A stretch of 64,000 bases of DNA from Sedimenticola sp. (GCA_026985055.1 JALSQZ010000008.1:21412-85411); one strand, 5' to 3'. Counted from the first letter of the stretch, positions 23,793-36,150 are shown. Translations and numbers: made by a program. The notes: generated from the sequence alone by a model not told the origin.

Positions 23793-24868
23793 TCTGGCTG
23801 ACAGACTATCTGGCGCATTTCGACCCGGCATTCAAGGTGTTCCACTATATCACCCTGCGCGCGATTCTCGGGGTGCTGACTGCTCTGGTGATTTCCTTCC
23901 TGGTGGGGCCGGTAATGATCCGCCGGCTCAGCCAGTACAAGATTGGCCAGACAGTAAGGGATGACGGACCCGAGAGTCATTTTTCCAAGGCGGGTACGCC
24001 GACCATGGGTGGAGCGTTGATTCTGGTGGCGGTTTCCATTGCGGTACTGCTTTGGGCGGATCTGGGCAACCGCTATGTCTGGATCGTGCTTCTGACCACC
24101 CTGGCATTCGGCATGGTGGGCCTGGTCGATGACTACCGCAAGCTGGTTTTGCGTGATTCCCGGGGATTGCCGGCGCGCTGGAAGTATCTGGGACAGTCCG
24201 TATTTGGTTTTGGTGCGGCCATTGCGCTGTATGTGACTGCGTCCGTACCTGCGGAAACCCAACTCATCATGCCGTTCTTCAAGGATGTGGTGCTGGACCT
24301 GGGGCCGGCCTTCATTCTGCTCAGTTACTTTGTCATCGTCGGAGCTTCCAACGCGGTCAATCTTACCGATGGTCTGGACGGCCTGGCGATCCTGCCGACG
24401 GTGATGGTCGCCGGTGCGCTTGGCGTATTCGCCTATGTTTCGGGACATTTGTACCTGTCCGAGTATCTGTTGATTCCCTATCTTCCGGGTGTGGGGGAGC
24501 TGGCCATATTCTGCGGCGCCCTGGTGGGCGCCGGTCTCGGTTTTCTCTGGTTCAATGCCTATCCCGCCCAGGTGTTCATGGGGGATGTGGGCGCCCTGGC
24601 CCTGGGCGCTGCTCTTGGCGTGGTGGCCGTGGCGGTGCGTCAGGAACTGGTGCTGTTCATCATGGGCGGGGTGTTCGTCGTTGAAACCATATCCGTGATC
24701 CTGCAGGTGGGATCCTACAAGCTTACCGGGCGGCGCATATTCCGCATGGCTCCGCTGCATCATCATTTCGAGTTGAAAGGCTGGCCGGAGCCACGAGTCA
24801 TCGTGCGTTTCTGGATTGTCACGGTCATCCTGGTTCTCATTGGTTTGGCGAGTTTGAAGATAAGATGA
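23786..24868 (+). CDS. mraY: Phospho-MurNAc-pentapeptide transferase
   Basis: [34 protein letters not shown] and MAPLHHHFE motifs. Confidence 0.97.
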   Translation: MLIWLTDYLAHFDPAFKVFHYITLRAILGVLTALVISFLVGPVMIRRLSQYKIGQTVRDDGPESHFSKAGTPTMGGALILVAVSIAVLLWADLGNRYVWIVLLTTLAFGMVGLVDDYRKLVLRDSRGLPARWKYLGQSVFGFGAAIALYVTASVPAETQLIMPFFKDVVLDLGPAFILLSYFVIVGASNAVNLTDGLDGLAILPTVMVAGALGVFAYVSGHLYLSEYLLIPYLPGVGELAIFCGALVGAGLGFLWFNAYPAQVFMGDVGALALGAALGVVAVAVRQELVLFIMGGVFVVETISVILQVGSYKLTGRRIFRMAPLHHHFELKGWPEPRVIVRFWIVTVILVLIGLASLKIR

Positions 24869-26229
24869 TGGCGAACGCGTTGCAAACAGAGCAATTGCCG
24901 AGCCGGGCCCTGGTCGTGGGGCTGGGCAAGACCGGTCTGTCCTGTGCCCGTCATCTCAGCGCCCGGGGCATGCAGGTGGCAGTCACCGACAGCCGTGAAC
25001 ATCCGCCAGGGCTGGAGGCCCTGCGCCGGGAACTGCCCGATGTCGCGCTGTTTCTGGGAGGGTTCGATGAAGAACTGTTCGCCGCGACCGACATGCTGGT
25101 GTTGAGTCCGGGTGTGCCTCTGGAAACTCCTGCGGTGCGTCATGCCCTGGAAAAGGGCGTGCCTGTGCTGGGAGACGTGGAACTGTTTGCCCGGGAAGTC
25201 GGCGCACCGGTAGTAGCCATTACCGGTTCCAATGGCAAGAGTACCGTCACCACCTTGCTCGGACAGATGGCTCGTGCCGCTGGCATACAGACTGCCATTG
25301 GAGGCAACCTGGGGGAGCCGGTTCTGGATCTTCTGCATGAGCGCAATGAGATCTATGTACTGGAACTTTCCAGTTTCCAGCTTGAGACCACCCGCTCCCT
25401 GAGCGCGGAGGTGGCCGTGGTGCTGAATATTTCCGCCGATCATATGGACAGGTACCCATCCCTGGATGCCTATGCCGATACCAAGGCTGCTGTGTACGGA
25501 AAAGCGCTCGCCGGTGTCTATAACCTGGATGATGCACGGGTTGCGGCCATGCCGAGAACGCCGCGCGCGCGATTCTTCCGGCTGGGCAGGCCAGGGGATG
25601 CAAGTACTTTCGGACTCTGTGAACGGGATTCCGGTATCTGGTTGTGCCAGGGAGAAGTCGCGCTGATCAGGGCGGATGATCTGCGCATGCCAGGGAGACA
25701 CAATCTGGCGAATGCCCTGGCCTGCCTTGCCATGGGAAGCCTGCTGGATCTGCCCATGGAAATCATGTTGCAGGTTCTCGCGGATTTTCCGGGGTTGGCG
25801 CATCGCACCGAATATGTGTGCAGCCATGAAGGCATCAGCTGGTACAACGATTCCAAGGGCACCAATCCGGGAGCCACCATTGCCGCCCTGCAGGGGCTGG
25901 ACAAGGGGGATGACAGCCGCACCGTGCTCATTGCCGGTGGTGAGTGCAAAGACGCCGATTTTTCCGACCTGGGGAGGGCGGTAAAACAGTATGCCCGGGC
26001 GGTGGTGTTGATGGGGCGGGATCGGGATCAGATTCGCAGGGAGCTGACGGATGATCTTCCTCTGGTGGAAGCGCGGGACATGAATGATGCGGTTCGCCAG
26101 GCAGGCGCGCTGGCCCGGCCTGGCGACCGGGTGCTGTTGTCCCCGGCCTGTGCCAGCTTCGACATGTTCAGCGGCTTTGAAGATCGTGGTAGGCAGTTCA
26201 AGTCCAGTGTGCGGAGGCTCTGCTCATGA
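24865..26229 (+). CDS. murD: UDP-MurNAc-L-Ala--D-Glu ligase
   Basis: [32 protein letters not shown] and [10 protein letters not shown] motifs. Confidence 0.96.
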   Translation: MMANALQTEQLPSRALVVGLGKTGLSCARHLSARGMQVAVTDSREHPPGLEALRRELPDVALFLGGFDEELFAATDMLVLSPGVPLETPAVRHALEKGVPVLGDVELFAREVGAPVVAITGSNGKSTVTTLLGQMARAAGIQTAIGGNLGEPVLDLLHERNEIYVLELSSFQLETTRSLSAEVAVVLNISADHMDRYPSLDAYADTKAAVYGKALAGVYNLDDARVAAMPRTPRARFFRLGRPGDASTFGLCERDSGIWLCQGEVALIRADDLRMPGRHNLANALACLAMGSLLDLPMEIMLQVLADFPGLAHRTEYVCSHEGISWYNDSKGTNPGATIAALQGLDKGDDSRTVLIAGGECKDADFSDLGRAVKQYARAVVLMGRDRDQIRRELTDDLPLVEARDMNDAVRQAGALARPGDRVLLSPACASFDMFSGFEDRGRQFKSSVRRLCS

Positions 26230-27395
26230 GTGTGGCCGTGCGCCCCCTGCCCCTTGCTTCACGGAATGCCCCGGCCATGGACTGGATGCTGCTGCTGGCG
26301 GTTGCGGCGCTGATTGGCCTGGGCATCGTCATGGTCAGTTCCGCTTCCCTGCATCTGGGGGGGGACAGCGGTTCCTTCCGCTATCTGGGCAAGCATCTGA
26401 TTGCCCTGGGCCTGGGTCTGAGCGCTGCTTTTGGCGCCCTGCAGATTCCGAGTAACTGGTGGGAAAAGGCCAGCACCTGGCTGTATTTTTTCGGTTTGCT
26501 GTTGCTGGCTGTGGTGTTGATTCCCGGATTGGGCAAGACCGTCAATGGCGCAACCCGCTGGGTTGCTCTGGGTCCGTTCAATCTGCAGACTTCGGAGTTC
26601 ATGAAGCTGTTCATGATTTTTTACATGGCCGGTTATCTGGTGCGGCGTCAGGTGGAAGTGGCATACACAGTCTGGGGAGTGATCAAGCCTTTGTTGCTAC
26701 TTACCGTGGCGGTGTTCATGCTCATGGCCCAACCGGATTTCGGCACCACGGTGGTGCTGCTGGCGACCGCCCTGGGGTTATTGTTTCTCGGTGGGGCGCC
26801 CTTGTGGCAGTTTGCCCTGTTGCTGTTGCTGGCCGTGCTGGGCGGAGCCGTGCTGGTGATCACATCGCCGTATCGCATGGAAAGGGTGACCTCTTTCCTC
26901 AATCCATGGGCCGATCCTCTGGATTCGGGGTATCAGCTTTCCCAGGCGCTGATTGCCTTTGGCCGGGGAGAATGGACCGGCGTAGGCCTGGGCAATGGCA
27001 TACAGAAGCAGTTTTATCTGCCCGAAGCCCATACGGACTTCATCATGGCGGTGATCGGTGAGGAGTTTGGTCTCCTCGGCACTCTCACGGTCATCGCCCT
27101 GTTCAGCGCTCTCGTCTGGCGAGCCTTCAGCATTGGCGCGGCGGCAGAAGCCATGCAACGCCGTTTCGCCGCCTATGTCTCCTATGGCATCGGACTGTGG
27201 CTGGGCATGCAGGCTTTCGTCAATATCGGCGTGAACGTGGGCTTGCTGCCAACCAAGGGGCTGACGTTGCCGTTCATCAGTTATGGAAGCAACAGTATGA
27301 TCATCGCCTGCCTGGCCATAGGCGTGTTGTTGCGTATTCACTGGGAAAATGTCACTGGTCGGCATGGCCCGGGAGGTCCGCCATGGCGCGGATGA
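26226..27395 (+). CDS. ftsW: Peptidoglycan glycosyltransferase FtsW
   Basis: NGATRW, QTSEFMK, QPDFG, GYQLSQ, LPEAHTDFI and LPTKGLTLPFISYG motifs. Confidence 0.96.
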   Translation: MSVAVRPLPLASRNAPAMDWMLLLAVAALIGLGIVMVSSASLHLGGDSGSFRYLGKHLIALGLGLSAAFGALQIPSNWWEKASTWLYFFGLLLLAVVLIPGLGKTVNGATRWVALGPFNLQTSEFMKLFMIFYMAGYLVRRQVEVAYTVWGVIKPLLLLTVAVFMLMAQPDFGTTVVLLATALGLLFLGGAPLWQFALLLLLAVLGGAVLVITSPYRMERVTSFLNPWADPLDSGYQLSQALIAFGRGEWTGVGLGNGIQKQFYLPEAHTDFIMAVIGEEFGLLGTLTVIALFSALVWRAFSIGAAAEAMQRRFAAYVSYGIGLWLGMQAFVNIGVNVGLLPTKGLTLPFISYGSNSMIIACLAIGVLLRIHWENVTGRHGPGGPPWRG

Positions 27396-28453
27396 TGATC
27401 ATGGCTGGAGGCACCGGCGGGCATGTGTTCCCGGCGCTGGCGGTCGCCCGTGAAATGCGTGAGCGCGGTTGGGATGTGGACTGGATGGGAACGCCCGACA
27501 GTTTCGAGGCGCGCACGGTGCCCGCCGAGGGATTCTCCCTGCACAGCATTAGCGCCTATCGGCTGCGGGGGCAGGGTGTGACGGGACTGGTGCTGGCTCC
27601 CTTCCGTCTGCTGCGCGCCATGAGGCAGGCGGGAAAGATACTGCGCCGGCAGCGTCCCCAGGTTGTGCTGGGCATGGGTGGTTTCGTTACCGGGCCGGGC
27701 GGGATCATGAGCCGGCTGCTGGGTATTCCCCTGGTGATTCATGAACAGAATGCCATACCGGGGTTGACCAATCGCTGGCTGGCGAAGATTGCGGCACGGG
27801 TGCTGGAAGCCTTCCCCGGCAGCTTTCCTTCTGCTGTCGGGGCCAGGGAAACGGGTAATCCGGTGCGTGCGGAAATTCTGGCGTTGGCACCGCCCGAACA
27901 ACGTCTCGCCGGACGTCAGGGGCCTTTGCGGGTGCTGATCATTGGTGGTTCCCTTGGCGCGCTGGCGCTCAATGAGCAAATTCCTCCGGCCCTGGCCAAA
28001 CTGGAGCTTCCCCTGGTGATTCGTCATCAGGCCGGTCGGGGCAAGGCGGAACCGGCCCGCAGTCTGTATGAGCGCCTGGGGCTCGATGCCCGGGTGAGCG
28101 AATTCATCGATGAAATGGCGGAGGCTCTGGCCTGGGCGGATCTGGTGATCTGTCGCGCTGGAGCGCTGACCATTTCCGAACTGGCGGCGGTTGGGGTGGC
28201 TTCGGTGCTGGTGCCTTTCCCTCATGCGGTGGATGACCATCAGACACGCAATGCCGAATATCTGGTGGGGCGGGGCGCCGCTTTGCTGCAGCCTCAGTCG
28301 GAGATCAAGACCGACACCATGGCGCGGCGGCTGGCGGACTTGCTCGGAAGCCGCAAAAAGCTGCTGGAAATGGCTGTCGCCGCGCGTGCCCTGGCGCGTC
28401 CCGAGGCGACCCGTCAGGTGGCGGATGAATGTGCCGCGCAGGTGAACAGATGA
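27383..28453 (+). CDS. murG: Lipid II N-acetylglucosaminyl transferase
   Basis: [27 protein letters not shown] and [10 protein letters not shown] motifs; ATG 27383. Confidence 0.96.
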   Translation: MARMMIMAGGTGGHVFPALAVAREMRERGWDVDWMGTPDSFEARTVPAEGFSLHSISAYRLRGQGVTGLVLAPFRLLRAMRQAGKILRRQRPQVVLGMGGFVTGPGGIMSRLLGIPLVIHEQNAIPGLTNRWLAKIAARVLEAFPGSFPSAVGARETGNPVRAEILALAPPEQRLAGRQGPLRVLIIGGSLGALALNEQIPPALAKLELPLVIRHQAGRGKAEPARSLYERLGLDARVSEFIDEMAEALAWADLVICRAGALTISELAAVGVASVLVPFPHAVDDHQTRNAEYLVGRGAALLQPQSEIKTDTMARRLADLLGSRKKLLEMAVAARALARPEATRQVADECAAQVNR

Positions 28454-29889
28454 GTGATATTCGTGACATGAACAATGTGCCCCGAGTGCATGCCGCCGAA
28501 GCCATGGGGCGCATGCGCCGGCTGCATTTTGTCGGCATAGGCGGTTCGGGCATGAATGGCATCGCCCAGGTGATGCTCAATCTGGGCTATGAGGTCAGTG
28601 GTTCGGATCTGGCGGAGAATGCCGCTACGCGCCGTCTTCAGGAACAGGGGGCAAGGATTCATATCGGGCATGCCGAGGCTCATGTGCGGCATGTGGATGC
28701 GGTGATCATTTCCAGCGCTGTCACGGATGAGAATCCCGAGGTGCGTGCGGCCCGGGAGCGGCGCATACCCGTGGTGCCCCGGGCGGAAATGCTCGCGGAG
28801 ATCATGCGTTTCCGCTATGGCATCGCCGTGGCCGGCACGCATGGCAAGACCACGACCACCAGTCTGGCAGCCAGTCTGCTGATAGAAGGCGGCATGGATC
28901 CAACCTTTGTCATCGGTGGCCGGCTCAATGCCGCGGGAAGCTACGCCCGTCTGGGCACGGGTGAAATCCTCGTGGCCGAAGCTGATGAGAGTGATGCTTC
29001 CTTTCTCTATCTGCAGCCCATGATGGCAGTGGTCACGAATGTGGATCGGGATCACATGGGGACTTATGGAGGGGATTTTTCCCGGCTTCAGGATGCCTTT
29101 GTCGAATTTTTGCATCACCTGCCTTTCTATGGATTGGCGGTGCTTTGTGTCGATGATCCCGAGATTCGCAGTCTGTTGCCGCGGGTCACTCGTCAGGTAC
29201 TCAGTTACGGAATCCGGGAGGAAGCGGATCTGCGCGCCTTGAATCTTCGCCATGATGGCCTGAGTTCGCGTTTCGATGTGCAGCGCAAGGGTCAGGAGGC
29301 TTTTTCCGTGTGCCTGAACCTGCCGGGAGAACACAACGTCCTGAATGCCCTGGCAGCCATAGGCGTGGCTCTGGAAATGGGCGTGCCGGTGGCGGACATA
29401 CAAAAAGGGCTGGCCGGCTTTCAGGGAATAGGGCGACGTTTTCAGGTACGTGAAAAATGCGATTTTGGTCAGGGTGAATTCACTCTGGTGGACGATTACG
29501 GCCACCATCCCAGGGAAGTGGCGGCGACCTTGCGCGCAGTGCGCAAAGGCTGGCCGCAGCGACGTCTGGTGCTGGTATTTCAGCCGCATCGTTACTCCCG
29601 CACCCGTGATGCATTCGATGATTTTGTGGAAGTGTTGTCCGGTGCTGACGTGCTGGTGCTGAACGAAGTCTATGCGGCGGGAGAAGCACCCATGGCGGAA
29701 GCGGATGGCCGCGCCTTGAGTCGTGCGGTACGCGCCAGGGGGCAGATCGACCCGGTATTCGTGAGCCAGCTTGCGGATCTGCCGGAGGTACTCAGGGGGG
29801 TTGTCCATGAGGGCGATATGCTGCTCATGATGGGAGCCGGTGACATTGGACAAATGGCAGCGCAGCTGTCGGAGGAATGGGGCAAATGA
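28450..29889 (+). CDS. murC: UDP-MurNAc--L-alanine ligase
   Basis: [33 protein letters not shown] and FQPHRYSRT motifs. Confidence 0.96.
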   Translation: MSDIRDMNNVPRVHAAEAMGRMRRLHFVGIGGSGMNGIAQVMLNLGYEVSGSDLAENAATRRLQEQGARIHIGHAEAHVRHVDAVIISSAVTDENPEVRAARERRIPVVPRAEMLAEIMRFRYGIAVAGTHGKTTTTSLAASLLIEGGMDPTFVIGGRLNAAGSYARLGTGEILVAEADESDASFLYLQPMMAVVTNVDRDHMGTYGGDFSRLQDAFVEFLHHLPFYGLAVLCVDDPEIRSLLPRVTRQVLSYGIREEADLRALNLRHDGLSSRFDVQRKGQEAFSVCLNLPGEHNVLNALAAIGVALEMGVPVADIQKGLAGFQGIGRRFQVREKCDFGQGEFTLVDDYGHHPREVAATLRAVRKGWPQRRLVLVFQPHRYSRTRDAFDDFVEVLSGADVLVLNEVYAAGEAPMAEADGRALSRAVRARGQIDPVFVSQLADLPEVLRGVVHEGDMLLMMGAGDIGQMAAQLSEEWGK

Positions 29890-30056
29890 AACAGCGAGAC
29901 GTGATCAGGTATCTGCATATGGGTTGTGGTGAATCGCTGGCAGCGCGTCAGTTCCCGCAATCCGGACGGGTGACAGAACTTGCTTGCGGGCAAATCGGGA
30001 AGCGAAAAACGGCATCCCAGCCGAAGAGGAGGAAGGCTTATGAGGAGCAATGTTGA
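29886..30056 (+). CDS. Putative 56-aa small protein between murC and murB
   Basis: ATG overlaps the murC stop (ATGA). Translation: [56 protein letters not shown]. No recognised family. Confidence 0.3.
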   Translation: MKQRDVIRYLHMGCGESLAARQFPQSGRVTELACGQIGKRKTASQPKRRKAYEEQC

Positions 30057-30939
30057 AACAACCGCTCATCACACCATGTTGTTGATCGATGAACCCATGT
30101 CACGGCATACCACCTGGCGGGTAGGTGGGCCGGCGCGTTTTTATTTTCAGCCGGCGGATGAAGCAGACCTGTCGGATTTTCTGAAATCACTGCCCGCGAG
30201 CGAGCCCATTCTCTGGCTGGGCCTGGGTAGCAATCTGCTGGTGCGTGACGGTGGTTTTTCGGGCACGGTGATTGCCATGCGCGGGCGTCTGGACAGCATC
30301 GAGGTTCTGACCCCGAACCGCCTGCGGGTGGGCGCAGGTGCATCCACTGCTGTGGTGGCTCGTCACGCGGCGCGAGCCGGTCTTTGCGGCGCAGCTTTTC
30401 TGGCAGGCATTCCCGGAACCATGGGAGGCGCCCTGGCCATGAACGCGGGTGCTTTTGGCAGCGAGACCTGGGAGCGGGTTCTGAATGTACAGACCATCGA
30501 TCGTCGGGGCGTAATTCACCGGCGCACGCCTCTGGAATACAAGGTGGCCTACCGGGAAGTCGTCACTCCCCGGGAAGAGTGGTTCATCGGTTGTGAACTG
30601 CAACTGGAGCCGGGGGATACGGAGGCAGAACGGCAGGAGGTTCAGCGTCTGCTGAACAAGCGCAACGCCAGCCAGCCCATAGGGCAACCCAGTGCCGGTT
30701 CCACTTTCCGTAATCCTCCGGGAGACTATGCGGCGCGCCTTATCGAGGAATGTGGCCTGAAGGGTTTTCAGCTTGGCGGTGCGCGAATTTCCGAAAAACA
30801 TGCCAACTTCATTATCAATACGGGTGATGCCCGGGCAGCGGATGTAGAAGGGCTGATTCAGCACATTCAGCGAACCGTGGAGAAGCAGACGGGCGTGCGT
30901 CTGCAGCCGGAAGTGCATGTTGTAGGTGATCCGGCATGA
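30040..30939 (+). CDS. murB: UDP-N-acetylenolpyruvoylglucosamine reductase
   Basis: HTTWRVGGPA, GLGSNLLV, GIPGTMGGALAMNAGA, SAGSTFRNP and HANFIIN motifs; AGGAGG upstream of ATG 30040. Confidence 0.95.
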   Translation: MRSNVETTAHHTMLLIDEPMSRHTTWRVGGPARFYFQPADEADLSDFLKSLPASEPILWLGLGSNLLVRDGGFSGTVIAMRGRLDSIEVLTPNRLRVGAGASTAVVARHAARAGLCGAAFLAGIPGTMGGALAMNAGAFGSETWERVLNVQTIDRRGVIHRRTPLEYKVAYREVVTPREEWFIGCELQLEPGDTEAERQEVQRLLNKRNASQPIGQPSAGSTFRNPPGDYAARLIEECGLKGFQLGGARISEKHANFIINTGDARAADVEGLIQHIQRTVEKQTGVRLQPEVHVVGDPA

Positions 30940-31862
30940 CATGCAAGGCTTCTGATTTCGGCAAGGTGGTGGTGCTCATGGGAGGCTGGTCCGCAGAGCG
31001 AGAGGTTTCCCTGGACAGTGGCGCAGCCGTGCTTGCCGGGTTGAAGCAAAAGGGCGTGGAGGCCCATGGCGTCGATGTGGGCAGGAATATCTGCCAGCAG
31101 TTGATGGAAGCAGATTACGATCGGGCTTTCATCATCATGCATGGTCGTGGTGGCGAGGATGGCGTCATTCAGGGGGTTCTGGAAACCTTGCAGATTCCCT
31201 ATACGGGCAGCGGCGTGCTCGGTTCCGCCCTGGGCATGGACAAGGTGCGCTGCAAGCGGCTTTGGTCGGGCATGGGATTACCCACTCCCGAATATCTGAT
31301 GATAAAGGATGAAGACAGCCTGGATATGGCTGGCGCTCTGGGATTTCCCCTGGTGGTAAAGCCCGTACACGAAGGCTCCAGCATCGGCATCAGCAAGGCG
31401 ACGGATGCGGAGAGTCTGCGTCGCGGCTGGGTCATGGCGCGTCAGTTTGACCATGAGGTGCTGGCGGAACGCTGGATAAACGGCGAGGAATACACGGTCG
31501 GTATTCTGGGCAAACAGGCGCTGCCGGTAATTCGCCTGGAAACACCCCATGAGTTCTATGACTACGAGGCCAAATACCGGGATGACAGCACCAGTTACCA
31601 CATTCCCTGCGGTCTCTCCGCCGAGGCCGAGGCCGGCATGCAGGAGATCGCGCTGCGTGCTTTTCGCGCCGTGGGCGCACGTGGCTGGGGCCGGGTCGAT
31701 TTCATGGTGGACGCTGATGGACAACCCTGGCTCATGGAAATCAATACCGTGCCGGGCATGACCAGCCACAGTCTGGTGCCCATGGCGGCGGGAGCCGCTG
31801 GCCTGGATTTCCCGGCGCTGGTATGGCGGATCCTCGAAGATTCCCTGGAGGCGGGTGCATGA
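30936..31862 (+). CDS. ddl: D-alanine--D-alanine ligase
   Basis: GGWSAEREVSL, HGRGGEDG, EGSSIG and EINTVPGMT motifs. Confidence 0.96.
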   Translation: MTCKASDFGKVVVLMGGWSAEREVSLDSGAAVLAGLKQKGVEAHGVDVGRNICQQLMEADYDRAFIIMHGRGGEDGVIQGVLETLQIPYTGSGVLGSALGMDKVRCKRLWSGMGLPTPEYLMIKDEDSLDMAGALGFPLVVKPVHEGSSIGISKATDAESLRRGWVMARQFDHEVLAERWINGEEYTVGILGKQALPVIRLETPHEFYDYEAKYRDDSTSYHIPCGLSAEAEAGMQEIALRAFRAVGARGWGRVDFMVDADGQPWLMEINTVPGMTSHSLVPMAAGAAGLDFPALVWRILEDSLEAGA

Positions 31863-32590
31863 AAAAGCGCAAACAGGGCTTTGTCTCCCGACATGGCCGC
31901 CTGTTGGGTCTGCTGGGTTTGGTGCTCATGCTCGGACTGGGGGGCATGGGGTTGGGACAATATCTGCTGAACCCGCAAAACCTGCCCATACGCAGTATCC
32001 AGGTGAAGGGGAAATTTCGCCATCTCGATCAGGAGAATATCGAGCAGGTGTTGGCCAAGGCGCTGGATGGCGGTTTTTTCAGTCTGGATCTGCATCGCCT
32101 GCGCAAGGCGATATTGGCTTCTCCCTGGGTGGCGGATGCGCATATCACCCGGATCTGGCCGGATCGCCTGCTCGTGGATGTTACCGAGGAACAGCCCATT
32201 GCCCATTGGGGGCGTGACGGATTGCTGAATGCCCAGGGAGAAGTGTTTCATCCACGCAAGGGATTGAAAAAACGCCTGCCACTGCGTTTCAGCGGCGATG
32301 AGAGCAAGGCGGCACTGATGCTGGATTTCTTTGTCAGGGAACAGCCACGTTTCATTCGGCAAGGGAAATCCATACAGGCCGTGATTCTGGATCGGCGTGG
32401 CGAATGGCGTCTGGAGCTGACCGATGGAACCCGGATCATCGTGGGCAAGGAGAACATGGATCAGCGCATCGTGCGCTTGCTGGGTGTTTATCCGGTGCTG
32501 GAGCAGGAGGCGCGCAGGCCGGAAAAAGTGGATCTTCGTTATGAGCAGGGCTTTGCCGTGAGTTGGCGGCCAGAGGAAAAAAGCGGATGA
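31859..32590 (+). CDS. ftsQ: Cell division protein FtsQ
   Basis: TM plus POTRA domain (PWV...I.RIWPD.L.V.V.EEQPIAHW) and VDLRYEQGFAV; lies between ddl and ftsA. Confidence 0.9.
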   Translation: MKKRKQGFVSRHGRLLGLLGLVLMLGLGGMGLGQYLLNPQNLPIRSIQVKGKFRHLDQENIEQVLAKALDGGFFSLDLHRLRKAILASPWVADAHITRIWPDRLLVDVTEEQPIAHWGRDGLLNAQGEVFHPRKGLKKRLPLRFSGDESKAALMLDFFVREQPRFIRQGKSIQAVILDRRGEWRLELTDGTRIIVGKENMDQRIVRLLGVYPVLEQEARRPEKVDLRYEQGFAVSWRPEEKSG

Positions 32591-33816
32591 GAAAAGCGGG
32601 CAGGAAAACTGTCGTGGGGCTCGACATAGGCACGTCCAAGGTAGTGGCCATTGTCGGGGAAGTGACCACTGACAACGAGATCGAGATCATTGGTATCGGA
32701 ACCCACCCTTCCCATGGCCTGAAGAAAGGCGTGGTGGTGAATATCGAATCCACCGTGCAATCGATACAGCGCGCGGTGGAAGAGGCGGAACTCATGTCCG
32801 GGGTGGAAATCGAATCCGTATACGCGGGTATAGCCGGCAGTCATGTGTCCAGTCTCAATTCCCACGGTATCGTGGGGATCAATGACGGAGAGGTGACGCG
32901 GGAAGACGTGGACCGGGTCATAGATGCAGCACGGGCGGTACCCATACCGGCGGATCAGCGCATTCTGCATATTCTTCCCCAGGAATTCATCATCGACAAT
33001 CAGGAAGGCATCCACGAACCCGTGGGCATGTGTGGCGTTCGCCTGGAGGCCCAGGTACATATGGTCACCGGAGCAGTGAGCGCCGCCCAGAACATCATCA
33101 AGTGTGTGCGCCGCTGTGGTCTGGAAGTGCAGGATCTGATCCTGGAACAGATTGCATCCAGTTATTCGGTGCTGGATGAAGAGGAAAAGGATCTGGGGGT
33201 ATGTCTGGTGGATATTGGCGGCGGCACCACGGATATAGCGGTGTTTACCGGCGGATCCATCCGGCATACGGCGGTGATCCCCATCGCCGGTGATCAGGTG
33301 ACGAATGATATTGCGGTGGCGCTGCGCACGCCCACTCATCATGCGGAAGAGATCAAGCTGCGCTATGCCTGCGCCCTGAGCAAGCTGCCTTCGGCGGACG
33401 AGACCATAGAGGTGCCGAGCATCGGCGACCGTCCGGCGCGGCGCATGTCCCGCCAGACCCTGGCGGAAGTGGTTGAGCCTCGATACGAGGAGTTGCTGAC
33501 CCTGGTGCAAGACGAGCTGCGCCGTTCCGGTTTCGAGCATCTGATTGCTGGCGGCATCGTGCTCACCGGGGGCAGTTCCAAGATGGAAGGCTTGGTGGAT
33601 CTTGCGGAAGAGGTTTTTCACATGCCGGTGCGTCTGGGGATTCCCCAGTATGTGATCGGTCTGGTGGATGTGGTGCGCAACCCGATTCATGCCACCGGAG
33701 TAGGGCTGCTGCTGTTCGGGCAGCAAAACAGTTTTATCAATGTACCCCATGAAAACAAGGGTGCGTTGCGGGCCACCTGGGAACGGATGAAAAGCTGGTT
33801 CCAGGGGAATTTCTAG
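32587..33816 (+). CDS. ftsA: Cell division protein FtsA
   Basis: GLDIGTSKV, GLKKGVVVNIE, VDIGGGTTD, VLTGG and C-terminal WFQGNF motifs. Confidence 0.97.
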   Translation: MRKAGRKTVVGLDIGTSKVVAIVGEVTTDNEIEIIGIGTHPSHGLKKGVVVNIESTVQSIQRAVEEAELMSGVEIESVYAGIAGSHVSSLNSHGIVGINDGEVTREDVDRVIDAARAVPIPADQRILHILPQEFIIDNQEGIHEPVGMCGVRLEAQVHMVTGAVSAAQNIIKCVRRCGLEVQDLILEQIASSYSVLDEEEKDLGVCLVDIGGGTTDIAVFTGGSIRHTAVIPIAGDQVTNDIAVALRTPTHHAEEIKLRYACALSKLPSADETIEVPSIGDRPARRMSRQTLAEVVEPRYEELLTLVQDELRRSGFEHLIAGGIVLTGGSSKMEGLVDLAEEVFHMPVRLGIPQYVIGLVDVVRNPIHATGVGLLLFGQQNSFINVPHENKGALRATWERMKSWFQGNF

Positions 33817-33882
33817 AATTGACAAGCATGTTTAAGCAGCTCCCCGGCAGGAGCATACAGGCAGATGACAGGAGTAAGACAA

Positions 33883-35094
33883 ATGTTTGAGTTAGTGGAT
33901 GTAGACAGTCAGAACGCGGTAATCAAGGTTATCGGTATCGGTGGGGGTGGCGGCAATGCCGTGACCCATATGCTCAACGCCAACATCGAAGGCGTGGATT
34001 TCATCTGCGCCAATACCGATGCGCAGGCGTTGAACAGCTCGGATGTAAATACCACTTTGCAGATTGGCTCCAGCCTGACCAAGGGGCTGGGCGCGGGCGC
34101 CAATCCCCAGATTGGTCATCAGGCCGCCATGGAGGACAAGGAGCGCATTGCCGAAGCCATCAAGGGATCAGACATGATCTTCATCACCGCGGGCATGGGT
34201 GGTGGCACCGGCACTGGCGCGGCGCCAGTGGTGGCGGAAGTGGCCAAGGAGCAGGGCATACTCACGGTGGCGGTGGTTACCAAACCTTTCCCTTTCGAGG
34301 GCGACAAGCGCATGAAAGTGGCGGAAATGGGAATCGAGGAACTGGGCAAACATGTGGATTCCCTGATTACCATACCCAATGAGAAGTTGCTTGCGGTGCT
34401 GGGCAAAAGCACTTCCTTGCTGGATGCCTTCAAGGCAGCCAACGATGTGCTGCTGAATGCGGTGCAGGGCATCGCCGAGCTGATCACCCGCCCCGGTTTG
34501 ATCAACGTGGATTTTGCCGATGTACGCACGGTAATGGCGGAAATGGGCATGGCCATGATGGGATCCGGCTGCGCCAGTGGCGAGGAACGGGCGCGCAAGG
34601 CGGCGGAAGCGGCCGTCAATTGCCCATTGCTGGATGATTTCCATCTGGCTGGCGCCAAGGGCGTGTTGGTCAACATCACTGCCGGTCTGGATCTGGCCAT
34701 CGGTGAATTCGACGAAGTGGGCACAACGGTGAAGGAATTTGCGCGTGAAGATGCCACTGTGGTTGTGGGCACGGTGATTGATCCGGAAATGCATGACGAG
34801 CTGCGGGTTACCGTGGTTGCCACCGGCCTGGGAGAAGAAGAGGAAGTCCGGATCAACCGTCCGGAGATGGAAGTGGTTGCCCCTCCCAGGGTGGTCATTG
34901 CCCAGACGGAGGAATCCGAGCTTGCCGAGGAGGCCGCGGTACAGCCCAGGAACACCCAGGATCTCTATGAAGATCTGGAAGTACCCACTGCCATACGACG
35001 CCATCAGGAAAAGCAGGCGAGTTCCAGAACCAGCGAAAAGCTGGACATGGACTATCTGGATGTACCCGCTTTTTTGCGTCGTCAGGCGGATTGA
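33883..35094 (+). CDS. ftsZ: Cell division protein FtsZ
   Basis: [34 protein letters not shown] and C-terminal [14 protein letters not shown] motifs. Confidence 0.98.
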   Translation: MFELVDVDSQNAVIKVIGIGGGGGNAVTHMLNANIEGVDFICANTDAQALNSSDVNTTLQIGSSLTKGLGAGANPQIGHQAAMEDKERIAEAIKGSDMIFITAGMGGGTGTGAAPVVAEVAKEQGILTVAVVTKPFPFEGDKRMKVAEMGIEELGKHVDSLITIPNEKLLAVLGKSTSLLDAFKAANDVLLNAVQGIAELITRPGLINVDFADVRTVMAEMGMAMMGSGCASGEERARKAAEAAVNCPLLDDFHLAGAKGVLVNITAGLDLAIGEFDEVGTTVKEFAREDATVVVGTVIDPEMHDELRVTVVATGLGEEEEVRINRPEMEVVAPPRVVIAQTEESELAEEAAVQPRNTQDLYEDLEVPTAIRRHQEKQASSRTSEKLDMDYLDVPAFLRRQAD

Positions 35095-35109
35095 TGAACA
35101 GGCGCAAAT

Positions 35110-35138
35110 TTGCATTTGGGGTAGAAACAGGGTAGATT
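35110..35138 (+). promoter_or_regulatory. Probable internal sigma70 promoter for lpxC
   Basis: TTGCAT-N17-TAGATT in the ftsZ-lpxC spacer. Confidence 0.5.
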
Positions 35139-35225
35139 AGGGAAATCCCTGAGTTCTGTCGTTGGGTTCCCTAGGGTATTTTGTTTCTTGACGGTAATTT
35201 TGACCGGGGCGGAGAAAAAACGCTG

Positions 35226-36140
35226 ATGATAAGGCAAAGAACACTGAAAAACGTTATCCGGGCCACCGGTGTGGGGCTGCATACGGGCGAAAAGGTATTT
35301 CTTACCCTGCGTCCCGCAGCCGTGGACACGGGCATCGTGTTCCGACGGGTTGATCTGCCTGAACCCGTGGATATCCCTGCTACTGCCGAAAACGTGGGGA
35401 ATACGCAGTTGTCCACCACTTTGGAAAAGGATGGAGTGGAAATTTCCACCGTGGAGCATCTGTTGTCCGCTTTTGCCGGGCTTGGCATCGACAATGCCTA
35501 TGTGGATGTCAGCGCCCCCGAAGTGCCCATCATGGACGGCAGCGCAGGGCCATTCGTGTTTTTGATCCAGTCTGCCGGCGTGGAAGAACAGAATGCCCTG
35601 AAAAAATTCATCCGCATCAAGGAATCCGTGGAAGTGCGTGATGGAGACAAGTTTGCCCGGTTCGAACCTTTCGAAGGCTTCAAGGTCAGTTTTGGCATTG
35701 ATTTCGATCACCCGGTGTTTACCGAGGACACCCAGTTTTCCAGTATCGACTTTTCCTCCACTTCCTTTGTCAAGGAGGTAAGCCGGGCGCGTACTTTCGG
35801 TTTTCTTCGCGAAATCGAGATGTTGCGCGAAAAGAACCTGGCCCTGGGTGGCAGCATGGACAATGCCATCGTAGTGGACGATTACCGGGTGCTGAATGAC
35901 GATGGCCTTCGTTATGAAGATGAATTCGTCAAACACAAGATTCTGGATGCCATTGGTGATCTATACCTTCTGGGGCACAGTCTGATTGGCGCTTTCTATG
36001 GTTACAAGTCAGGCCATGCGCTCAACAACAAATTGCTGAACAAGTTGGTGGCTACGCCAGATGCCTGGGAAGAAGTGACTTTCGAGGAAGAAGACGGGCT
36101 GGTTCCCATTTCCTATATCGCTCCGGTGCACGCTTCCTGA
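35226..36140 (+). CDS. lpxC: UDP-3-O-acyl-GlcNAc deacetylase
   Basis: [30 protein letters not shown] and [10 protein letters not shown] motifs. Confidence 0.97.
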   Translation: MIRQRTLKNVIRATGVGLHTGEKVFLTLRPAAVDTGIVFRRVDLPEPVDIPATAENVGNTQLSTTLEKDGVEISTVEHLLSAFAGLGIDNAYVDVSAPEVPIMDGSAGPFVFLIQSAGVEEQNALKKFIRIKESVEVRDGDKFARFEPFEGFKVSFGIDFDHPVFTEDTQFSSIDFSSTSFVKEVSRARTFGFLREIEMLREKNLALGGSMDNAIVVDDYRVLNDDGLRYEDEFVKHKILDAIGDLYLLGHSLIGAFYGYKSGHALNNKLLNKLVATPDAWEEVTFEEEDGLVPISYIAPVHAS

Positions 36141-36150
36141 TTTGGAGCGG

